A stretch of DNA of 61,448 bases, from the NCBI GenBank assembly GCA_964595145.1, contig CAZQOM010000001.1, positions 1 to 61,448 of the forward strand, written 5' to 3'. The notes under the pieces are model-generated. The model did not search any database and was not told where the DNA came from. It saw only the letters and a program-made list of their open reading frames with translations. This DNA comes from an uncultured Anaeroplasmataceae bacterium. Its GTDB lineage: Bacteria > Bacillota_I > Bacilli_A > Acholeplasmatales > Anaeroplasmataceae. The position numbers and the translations under genes are program-made. Shown here one piece after another: positions 39,090-47,391 of the stretch (position 1 is the stretch's first letter; each line of letters opens with the position of its first letter).

Positions 39090-41408
39090 GTGAAAACTGA
39101 AATAGATTTAATAAAAACTAGTAAAAATAGACTTATTCGTGTTATTGCGGCAGAATTTGATTATTATCCAATGCATTCTCATGCATACACAGAACTATTA
39201 ATAGTCTTAAAAGGCAGCACAACTCTTATACTTAATTCTAAAACATATCAATTAAATGAAAAAGATGTTGTAATTATTAATCCAAAAGAATTACATCATT
39301 TAAAAAGTGATTCCTCTTGTATAATATTATCTTCTTTTTTTAATGTTTCTACCTTTTTAGATGATAAACAAAATGAAAAAATTATTTTCGACCTTAATTC
39401 TTGTGAATATCCAAATAATCCTAACTATGAAAATATTAGATATTTTATTTACAGTATAATAAGATTAAATAGTCAAAATAACGTAAATGCATATTATAAT
39501 ACTCGTGCAATTTCTTATTCTTTATTTGCTCAACTTGTAAATAATTTCAAAAATGATATATCTTCTTCTACTACCTCAAAAAATGAAGATGATACTATTT
39601 CTTTAATTACCTCATATATAAATGAACATTATTCTGAATGTTTATCATTAAGTCATATCTCAAATGTTTTTAAATATAGCGAATCACACGTTTCTAAAGT
39701 GTTTAAAAAATATCTTAATAAAACCTTCATCCAATATTATGACACTTTAAGAGTTAATTATTCAATTGATGATTTAACTTTAACAAATAATTCTATTGAA
39801 GAAATATCCTATATTCATGGATTTGATTCATCAAGAAGCTATGTTAGAGCATTTAAAAATGTTTATAATTGTTATCCAAGCGAATATCGTAAAAATAATA
39901 ATAAAAATAATGAGGTTTCAATCAGTGATAGTAATAATCTTTTAAAAGAAGTTTTAGATATTATTATGGCAAAATATTTAAGATATATTAAAAGAAAAAA
40001 TATTAAAGAAACTGTAAGAACAACTAAAGAATTAATTACAATTGATGGATTAAATAATTATATTAAAGTAAATAATCCTTCTAAAATGATTATTAGACTT
40101 GGTAATATAAATTTCTTATATAATGCGAGTATAATTTCTGAACTTAAAGAAATTCAAAATGAAATGAAATATAAATATATCGAATTAACTTCAATTTTTC
40201 ATCAAACTCAAAGATTATATAAAATAAATTCAAATGAAATAATGCTTAATAAGCCTATGATGGATAACATTGCTAAAATGATATATGATTTAAAGTTGTC
40301 ACCGTATTTTAAATTTAAATATAGTATATTTTCTGAATCACCTGATTTAATTACATTTTTTTTGAAATATTTTATAAAAAGTTCACCATATCAATTTAAT
40401 GATATATTAATATCTATAAATTATGAACATGATATTGAATATACAAAAGAAGAAAAATATACATATACTTATAAAATAATCACCTATTATAAAAAACTTA
40501 GAACATTTTTTGGAAATAAAATCAGATTTATTTCACCTTCAATTTTAAGTATAGAAGACTACAAAACTGCAATATCTGTTGATAGAGGTCATAATGTATT
40601 TGATTACTATTCTATCAATTATATAGCAGCAACAAATAATATAATAGCTAAAGATCCAGATCAAGTTAAAAAATTTATCGATGAATTAGATAAAATATCC
40701 CCAACAAAATTAAATAATATTTTATTAGAAAATATTAATTTTACTAATCATGTAAATTTATTAAATGATACTTTATTTAAATCATCTTATCAATGTAAAA
40801 ATATAATAGATATTTGGGAGAATATATCTGCATATGTAATGAATAATATGTTTGATATTACTATAGAAAACTTTTTCGATAATAATCCATATTTAGGATA
40901 TAACGGTTATTATACGTTTAATTATACAAAAAAAGCATCATATTATGCTAATCTATTTTTATCGAAACTTAAAAATAAAGTATTAAAAAAAGGTAAAAAT
41001 TTCATTGTTACCTTTGATAATGATAAAATAGTAATATTGATTAATAAATATCTTCATTATTCTGAATTATATGCTGAAAGTGAATATTTTGAATTAACAG
41101 ATCAAGATAGATACAGTTGTTTTGCAAAATATACAGACATTGATTTTATATTTGAAATTTCAGGATTAGAATATCAATCAGCAAGAATAAAAACAACCTA
41201 TATTAATAAATCAAGCGGTTCTTCTTATGATATATATAAAGAAATATCTAAACAAAATATATTAACAAATGATGAATTAAATCAAATGAAAAATTTATGT
41301 GTACCTAAGTTTAAAATAGAAATTTCAAAAATAAATAAAGGTGTATTAAAAATAGATTCAACAGTAGAACCTTTAGAAACAAAAATAATTGAAATAACTT
41401 TAAGTTAA
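39090..41408 (+). CDS. AraC-family regulator (cupin plus HTH_18) fused to a C-terminal domain of about 480 aa of unknown function
   Basis: It starts at a GTG after AAGGAGG. The cupin region is YPMHSHAYTELLIV. The AraC HTH region is ...IEEISYIHGFDSSRSYVRAFKNVYNCYPSEYRK at about aa 170-270, followed by about 480 further residues. Confidence 0.8.
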   Translation: MKTEIDLIKTSKNRLIRVIAAEFDYYPMHSHAYTELLIVLKGSTTLILNSKTYQLNEKDVVIINPKELHHLKSDSSCIILSSFFNVSTFLDDKQNEKIIFDLNSCEYPNNPNYENIRYFIYSIIRLNSQNNVNAYYNTRAISYSLFAQLVNNFKNDISSSTTSKNEDDTISLITSYINEHYSECLSLSHISNVFKYSESHVSKVFKKYLNKTFIQYYDTLRVNYSIDDLTLTNNSIEEISYIHGFDSSRSYVRAFKNVYNCYPSEYRKNNNKNNEVSISDSNNLLKEVLDIIMAKYLRYIKRKNIKETVRTTKELITIDGLNNYIKVNNPSKMIIRLGNINFLYNASIISELKEIQNEMKYKYIELTSIFHQTQRLYKINSNEIMLNKPMMDNIAKMIYDLKLSPYFKFKYSIFSESPDLITFFLKYFIKSSPYQFNDILISINYEHDIEYTKEEKYTYTYKIITYYKKLRTFFGNKIRFISPSILSIEDYKTAISVDRGHNVFDYYSINYIAATNNIIAKDPDQVKKFIDELDKISPTKLNNILLENINFTNHVNLLNDTLFKSSYQCKNIIDIWENISAYVMNNMFDITIENFFDNNPYLGYNGYYTFNYTKKASYYANLFLSKLKNKVLKKGKNFIVTFDNDKIVILINKYLHYSELYAESEYFELTDQDRYSCFAKYTDIDFIFEISGLEYQSARIKTTYINKSSGSSYDIYKEISKQNILTNDELNQMKNLCVPKFKIEISKINKGVLKIDSTVEPLETKIIEITLS

Positions 41409-41422
41409 TTATAATTTTATCT

Positions 41423-41472
41423 AAAAAAGACTACCAAATTGCTAATAAAATAGCTTTGGTAGTCTTTTTTTA
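41423..41472. terminator. Bidirectional rho-independent terminator
   Basis: aaaaaagactaccaaa (41423-41438) pairs with tttggtagtctttttt (41455-41470). An inner gcta/tagc stem extends the hairpin. Confidence 0.8.
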
Positions 41473-41499
41473 TTATACTTCTATTTCTTCTATTATAGT

Positions 41500-41946
41500 T
41501 TAATGATTATATGCTTCATCATAATTTATACCTACAAGCATTACTTTACCTTTATATGATCCTAATATATCTAAACATTTTTTCTCTTTTATTTGTTTTA
41601 TAGCTCCACTTGCTTCTTTATTCACCTTTAATTCAATTATTATTGCAGGAACTATTCCTTTTGGTATAAATACTATATCAGTTCTACCTGATATTGTTGA
41701 TGCTTCCTTTAATACATAATGTGTTTCTAATAGTGGTAAAAATGTTAATACTTTTAGGGCTGCATCTTTTGAATTTATTTCTGTTATATCATTATCAAAT
41801 CTATCTATGCTTACTCTTTCTGATTTTCCATTATATAAATCTAATGATTCAGAATATAGGTTATTATCCTTAAATTTTAAATAATTTTTTATAGCCTCAA
41901 TTGTTGATGTCTTTGTCCAGTAATTACCAAATCTTCTTCTTGTCAT
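41500..41946 (-). pseudogene. 5'-truncated remnant of an AAA-ATPase-like / PD-(D/E)XK (PDDEXK_9, DUF1703-type) gene
   Basis: Only the C-terminal nuclease-like module is present (GRTDIVFIP...IIIELKVNK...AIKQIKEKK). Full-length family members have a large N-terminal ATPase-like domain. The upstream in-frame sequence (..GHDDTYNPKTVVEA) is cut off by TAA codons at about 41990. Confidence 0.6.
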
Positions 41947-42039
41947 TGCTTCTACTACTGTTTTTGGATTATATGTATCATCATGTCCTTAATATTAGGA
42001 TATCATATTTTAACATAATAATCTATAAAAGATTAAAAA

Positions 42040-42075
42040 GAACCTATTTTTATAAATAGATTCTTATATTTTACT
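42040..42075 (-). terminator. Rho-independent terminator ending the pectin ABC/GH28 operon
   Basis: A 12-bp stem (aagaacctattt / aaatagattctt, 1 mismatch) is followed by UUUUAAUC on the minus strand, directly after the GH28 stop. Confidence 0.55.
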
Positions 42076-42076
42076 T

Positions 42077-43615
42077 CTAATTTTCTATAAATTCTTTTAC
42101 AAATTTTTTTATATATTTTTCTTTTTTCAAACCTTCAAATGACACATTATTTAATTTAACATTATCTACGTAATTAAATAATAAACCTTCACCTACTAAA
42201 GGACCTACACCATCCATCATAGCAGCTGTACCTGGAGTAGGATTAGATGCATATTTAAAATTCACATTATCAATTGTAATAGATTTAATAGGTGCTTCTG
42301 GTAGGCCATAAAATGCTCCTGCAGCTACATTAACGTTTTCACAATTAATATTTTTGAAACAAAAATCACCTAAATATGGTGTTCTATCATCTACAGGTAG
42401 TTTTTCTTTTGTTTGAACATATTCAGTATGTCCATCTGGATCACAAAAATAAAACATATTAATTACAAGCGGTGTTAATACATCTTGCATTTTAATATTT
42501 TCAAAAGTAATTCCACTTATAATTGCGTCCTTACCTCTTCCTCTTCTTGTTTTAATACGAAGACCTCTGTCTGTTTGATTAAATAGACATTTAGAAACAT
42601 TAATATCTTTTATTCCACCGCTCATTTCACTACCTAAAACAACTGCACCATGGCCGAAATTCATTGAACAGTTTCTAATATTAAAATTAGATGATGGTTT
42701 TTTATATTTTCTACCCATATATATTTTTCCTGCTTTAATCGCAATACAATCATCACCAACGCTAAAATATACACCTATAATATCAACATTATCACAAGAT
42801 TCAGGATCACAACCATCTGTATTAGGTGAATTTTTAGGACTTATTAATTTCATATCAATAAACCTAATATCACTAGAAAAATATGGATGTAAATTCCAAG
42901 ATGGTGTATTAGTTACAGTAACACCTTGAAATGAAATATTTTCACAGTGATTTAAAAAAACACCTCTTGGTCGCCAAGCTATTCTTTTAGTTCTAACGTC
43001 TACCCACCAATCAGCATTATGAGCATTACCATCAATAATACCTTTACCAATTATTTTTACATTTTGAACATTAATACCAGTAATAATACTTGCAAAACAA
43101 TCTAAAGGATTTCCTTCCCAAGAACCTAAATTATATTCATCTTTTTCATCTGTTGTATAGGTCATACCTGGTAATATAGGATAATTATTTCTGTCAATAT
43201 CACCAATTAATCTTGCATTTGCTGCAAGTTCAATAGTAATATTACTTCTTAATAATAATGGGCCAGTATAATAATTACCATCTGGTATATAAACTCTTCC
43301 TCCATCAGGACAAGCATATATACATGCTTGAATAAAATTAGTATCTAATGTAATACCATCACCTTTAGCACCAAAATTTTTAACATTCAAACACACATAT
43401 TCATCATCAGTTATAACTTCTTTTTCAAAATCATTTATTTTAATTAAATATTTTGTGTTAGGAACTAAATTATATAATGAATAAACATTAGTAGTGATAT
43501 TTTCTTTATAAAGTACATCATTTAAATATATATCATATTTATTCGTTTCATATATATCATTATTATTTAATTCAATTGTTATACTTGTAGAACTTTTAAA
43601 TATTATATCAAACAT
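42077..43615 (-). CDS. GH28 polygalacturonase-family enzyme (probably exo-acting, intracellular) with an N-terminal FN3-like domain
   Basis: GH28 signature residues are present: NTDGCDP, GDDCIAIKAG, GHGAVVLGSE and RGLRIKT. It also has FGAKGDG. There is no signal peptide. Confidence 0.85.
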   Translation of the reverse strand: MFDIIFKSSTSITIELNNNDIYETNKYDIYLNDVLYKENITTNVYSLYNLVPNTKYLIKINDFEKEVITDDEYVCLNVKNFGAKGDGITLDTNFIQACIYACPDGGRVYIPDGNYYTGPLLLRSNITIELAANARLIGDIDRNNYPILPGMTYTTDEKDEYNLGSWEGNPLDCFASIITGINVQNVKIIGKGIIDGNAHNADWWVDVRTKRIAWRPRGVFLNHCENISFQGVTVTNTPSWNLHPYFSSDIRFIDMKLISPKNSPNTDGCDPESCDNVDIIGVYFSVGDDCIAIKAGKIYMGRKYKKPSSNFNIRNCSMNFGHGAVVLGSEMSGGIKDINVSKCLFNQTDRGLRIKTRRGRGKDAIISGITFENIKMQDVLTPLVINMFYFCDPDGHTEYVQTKEKLPVDDRTPYLGDFCFKNINCENVNVAAGAFYGLPEAPIKSITIDNVNFKYASNPTPGTAAMMDGVGPLVGEGLLFNYVDNVKLNNVSFEGLKKEKYIKKFVKEFIEN

Positions 43616-43616
43616 A

Positions 43617-44204
43617 CTATACCGCCTTCATTTCTCTATTATATTTTATACGCTTATGTAAATCTAAAAGAAGATTTTTTAAAAATAAGAATACAAAATC
43701 AACAATAATATAGCATAATGCATAAGTAAATGGTTCAATACCTGACCCTTCAGCTGTTCCAAATAAATCTAAAACAAGTCCATGTTCGCTTAACCAAATA
43801 GTAATAAAGAATAAAATAATAGATAAAATGAAATGATATCCTAAATTAATAAATAAAGAAGGAATACCTTTTACATTAACCATATTATATTTATATGTAT
43901 TATTAACTCTTGAATACATTAATCTAACAATAGGTCTAATCATATAATTCATAAATAAACCCATAAATAAGCCTAAAATTAGAATAATAACAATAGACAC
44001 AGTTAAATTTGCTGCAGCATCGCCATTTTCAATTTGACTAAAATCTAAAATGTCAGAGCTAATTATACTAAAGAAAACGGCAGCTGCCGCTGCCCAATAC
44101 TTTAGTAAAAGAATAATTAGCCATGACGGAACCTTAGAAACTTTATCTAAAACACTAGAGTTTTGTTCACCTATGATTTGTTCTTCTTTTACTTTTTTAC
44201 TCAT
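43617..44204 (-). CDS. Hypothetical 4-TM membrane protein (195 aa)
   Basis: The ORF shares 1 nt with the upstream gene (TAATG) and ends 1 nt before the GH28 start. It has four hydrophobic segments and no recognisable motif. Confidence 0.7.
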   Translation of the reverse strand: MSKKVKEEQIIGEQNSSVLDKVSKVPSWLIILLLKYWAAAAAVFFSIISSDILDFSQIENGDAAANLTVSIVIILILGLFMGLFMNYMIRPIVRLMYSRVNNTYKYNMVNVKGIPSLFINLGYHFILSIILFFITIWLSEHGLVLDLFGTAEGSGIEPFTYALCYIIVDFVFLFLKNLLLDLHKRIKYNREMKAV

Positions 44205-44851
44205 TAAAACTTTACCTTTTTATAATTTCTATTATATTTGATAAATCCTAGAACACATCCAACTACAGAACAAGCCATAGCTAAAACAACTGATACAATT
44301 GACATTATAGTTGCAAAATCGAATGTATATCCACCACTAATATTATGTCCACCTTGATCAAATGGTATAGTACATAAATAATTAGAATAGAATATCTTTT
44401 GAATCCAGAATATACCACAAACTACTATTACAGCAGTACATAAAGTTGATGTAATAACAGTTCCTAAATTTCTTTTTGAAGATAATGTAACACCATTAAA
44501 GATATTAATACATCCCATTAAGATAAGTAAGAACATTAATAATCCTGAAAAGTCAGCTTCCTTAGCAACTAATACTACACCATCAACTATAACTTCATGT
44601 TTTACTAAGAATAAAACTTGACTATGGAATCCTAAAAAGAAACCAATAAATAAACCTGGTAAGGCAACCAATATACCTGCAAGTTTACAAGGATTATATT
44701 TAAATGAATCAATAAAGTTATACCAAATACCATATAAATAAGCTAAAAATTTATTATTAATTTGTTTTGGTTCCTTACTTGCATTTTTATTAATAGGTTC
44801 TTGATTAAGCTCAGTAGTTTCTAAAACTACATTTTCATTTTTTTCTTCCAT
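44204..44851 (-). CDS. Hypothetical 4-TM membrane protein (215 aa)
   Basis: It starts 8 nt downstream of the ATPase gene. It has a hydrophilic N-terminal tail, four TM segments, and a loop of about 30 aa before TM4. No motif was recognised. Confidence 0.7.
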   Translation of the reverse strand: MEEKNENVVLETTELNQEPINKNASKEPKQINNKFLAYLYGIWYNFIDSFKYNPCKLAGILVALPGLFIGFFLGFHSQVLFLVKHEVIVDGVVLVAKEADFSGLLMFLLILMGCINIFNGVTLSSKRNLGTVITSTLCTAVIVVCGIFWIQKIFYSNYLCTIPFDQGGHNISGGYTFDFATIMSIVSVVLAMACSVVGCVLGFIKYNRNYKKVKF

Positions 44852-44859
44852 TTTAGCAC

Positions 44860-45987
44860 CTACCTAATTCTAACTTCTGTTTCTTTATCATAGAATAACA
44901 TTTTTTCAGCCTTAAAACAAGCTTTAATAGTTTTTTCTGTGATATCATCTTTACCATTGATTTTAGCAGTAATTTTTTCTCCACCAAAGAAACCATATAC
45001 TAATTTATAAGAACCTAAGAATTCATAATAATCTACATCTAAATCAAATATTTGTTTTTCATTTTCTTTTAATGTAATATCATCAGTAAATACATAATCT
45101 GGTCTTGAAGCCATTACAACTTCCTTTCCAGCATAATCCTTTAAAATTGCAGATTGTTCTTTTGTAAGACCTATTTCATTACCAGAAACATGAATGAATT
45201 TAGTTACTTTATCATCGATATGTCCATTATAGAAGTTACATGGAGGAGTACCAATGAAACCAGCAACGAATAAATTTTCTGGATATTCAAACATTTCTTT
45301 TGGTGTTGCGATTTGTTGAACATATCCATCTTTCATTACAACAATTCTTGTAGCTAAAGTTAAAGCTTCAATTTGGTCATGTGTTACATAAACAAATGTA
45401 GAACCTAATCTATCATGTAATTCAGTTAATTCTTTACGCATTTGACCTCTTAATTTAGCATCAAGATTTGAAAGTGGTTCATCAAGTAAGAATACAACTG
45501 GGTCACGAACTATAGCACGACCAACAGCAACTCTTTGACGTTGTCCACCAGATAATTGTTTAGGCTTTCTATTTAAATAAGGAACTAAACCTAAAACTGT
45601 TGCAGCATACATAACTTGTTTATGAATAAAAGCTGGATCTTTTTTTCTAATTGTTAATGAGAAAGCAAGATTTTGATAAACTGTCATGTGAGCATATAAT
45701 GCATAATTTTGGAAAACCATCGCAATATCTCTATCTTTAGGAGCAACATCATTAACCTTCTTACCATTAATAATTAAATCTCCTGTAGAAATTTCTTCAA
45801 GTCCTGCAATCATACGAAGTGTAGTAGATTTACCACAACCAGAAGGACCAGCTAAAACGATAAATTCTCCTTTTTCAATACTTATATTAAAATCATACAC
45901 AGCATGAAATCCATTAGGATAAATTTTATTAACATCACGAAGTATAACGTCATAAACTTTTTCATTTTGTAATTCTTGTTTTTCCAT
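44860..45987 (-). CDS. MalK/MsmK/MsmX/UgpC-type sugar ABC ATPase with a C-terminal regulatory (TOBE-like) domain
   Basis: Motifs are GPSGCGKST, LSGGQRQRVAVGRAI, FLLDEPLSNLD and VTHDQ. The length is 375 aa. Confidence 0.93.
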   Translation of the reverse strand: MEKQELQNEKVYDVILRDVNKIYPNGFHAVYDFNISIEKGEFIVLAGPSGCGKSTTLRMIAGLEEISTGDLIINGKKVNDVAPKDRDIAMVFQNYALYAHMTVYQNLAFSLTIRKKDPAFIHKQVMYAATVLGLVPYLNRKPKQLSGGQRQRVAVGRAIVRDPVVFLLDEPLSNLDAKLRGQMRKELTELHDRLGSTFVYVTHDQIEALTLATRIVVMKDGYVQQIATPKEMFEYPENLFVAGFIGTPPCNFYNGHIDDKVTKFIHVSGNEIGLTKEQSAILKDYAGKEVVMASRPDYVFTDDITLKENEKQIFDLDVDYYEFLGSYKLVYGFFGGEKITAKINGKDDITEKTIKACFKAEKMLFYDKETEVRIR

Positions 45988-45989
45988 TG

Positions 45990-46589
45990 TTATACCCCCT
46001 TAGAAACATCTTGTGTAGCCATATAATTAGCATATCTTTTTGCTTTAATAATACCGATAATACCTGCAGAAATAAATAATGTAGCAGTTAAAGCTAATAA
46101 TACAATAGCAATTATACCTCTAACATAACCATTTTGTGGTAAATAAGCTTCAGTAATATAAGAACCAGTAATTGTTGGACCTAAATGTTCTTTAACTTCA
46201 ACATCTTCTGGATTTGCTAAAAATCTACCATACCAAACCATAATTTGAATAGGACACCAGAATATTCTAGCAACACATACAGCACCAATACCACATAATA
46301 CATAACTATATTCTTTAGAATATGCTTTTACTTTTTCAATAGATAAAAATCCAAATAATAATATAATTATATTACCTAAGATTTTAATTATAACAGAAGC
46401 ATTCCAAACAAGTGTATTTAAACTTATAAATGCAGCAAGTACACTACAAAGAATCGCTCCCATACCAAGTTTATAAGATAAAGAATTAGTACGATATCTA
46501 AGCATTTGACCTTCAATATCATGTTCATCATAATAAATCTTTTCAGATGTAGATTTTACTTCTTCATTATTTTCTAAATTATTAAGCAT
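45990..46589 (-). CDS. Hypothetical 4-TM membrane protein (199 aa)
   Basis: It overlaps the upstream gene by 8 nt and ends 2 nt before the ATPase start. Its architecture resembles the 215-aa protein at 44204-44851. Confidence 0.7.
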   Translation of the reverse strand: MLNNLENNEEVKSTSEKIYYDEHDIEGQMLRYRTNSLSYKLGMGAILCSVLAAFISLNTLVWNASVIIKILGNIIILLFGFLSIEKVKAYSKEYSYVLCGIGAVCVARIFWCPIQIMVWYGRFLANPEDVEVKEHLGPTITGSYITEAYLPQNGYVRGIIAIVLLALTATLFISAGIIGIIKAKRYANYMATQDVSKGV

Positions 46590-47310
46590 TTACCTCAACC
46601 ATCCTTTCAGAAGATTGTTCTAAAGTTTCATTAGATTCAACACTTTTTAAAGTTAATTCCTTTTTAGTATCTAAATATCTAAATACATTGTATGCAATTA
46701 ATGCACCACTAGCAACGATAAATAATACTGTTATAACAATAAAGATAAGTAAAGGTGTTGAATTAACATAAAATGCAGATGTATCTCCATTTAAGAACAT
46801 AGCAGCAGCTTCATTATAATTATCGCTATTACCTAAAGAAGCCCAGTTTAAAGTCTCATAATTAGCATTAATATCACCAACGCAAATTGCCATAAATGCA
46901 ATTGCAACAATACCCATTATAATACAAACACTTGGACATGCAATACCAGAAACTAAATTAGAAATATAATATTTCTTTCTAGTAGCATTTGCACAAATAA
47001 ACATAATAGCTACCATTACTAATGAAACAACACCAAGATATAAAACTATATTATTTGCCATTTGTAGATTTGCATTAACATCAAACATTAATCCATATAA
47101 ATCTGCATAAGCAAAATCAGTTTTTTTACAAAATGTATTTAAACCAGTTAAAATAGTAGGTTTTCCAGTAATAAGGAAATCTTGAGTATATTCAACAGCT
47201 ATTCTATTATAAGTTGTCATAAAAAAACAAGCTATTAAAATAAATACAAAACTGAAAACTGCAAATAAAATATAAAACAATTTTGCATTTTTCTTTAAAA
47301 ATTGAGTCAT
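46582..47310 (-). CDS. Hypothetical 4-TM membrane protein (242 aa from MTQFLKK)
   Basis: AGGGGG lies 6 nt upstream of the ATG at 47310. The longer track form (to 47373) would include an intercistronic hairpin. It has two extracytoplasmic loops of about 45-60 aa. Confidence 0.7.
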   Translation of the reverse strand: MTQFLKKNAKLFYILFAVFSFVFILIACFFMTTYNRIAVEYTQDFLITGKPTILTGLNTFCKKTDFAYADLYGLMFDVNANLQMANNIVLYLGVVSLVMVAIMFICANATRKKYYISNLVSGIACPSVCIIMGIVAIAFMAICVGDINANYETLNWASLGNSDNYNEAAAMFLNGDTSAFYVNSTPLLIFIVITVLFIVASGALIAYNVFRYLDTKKELTLKSVESNETLEQSSERMVEVNA

Positions 47311-47340
47311 ATTAAACCCCCTAAAATATAGTAGTGGTAA

Positions 47341-47362
47341 GGAAGACAGAAACCTGTCTTCC
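47341..47362 (-). other. Intercistronic 9-bp hairpin after the substrate-binding-protein gene (candidate attenuator or mRNA-stabilising element)
   Basis: ggaagacag-aaac-ctgtcttcc is present. No long U-run follows on the minus strand. Confidence 0.4.
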
Positions 47363-47391
47363 ATTACACACATATAAATCTTTTAAATTAA

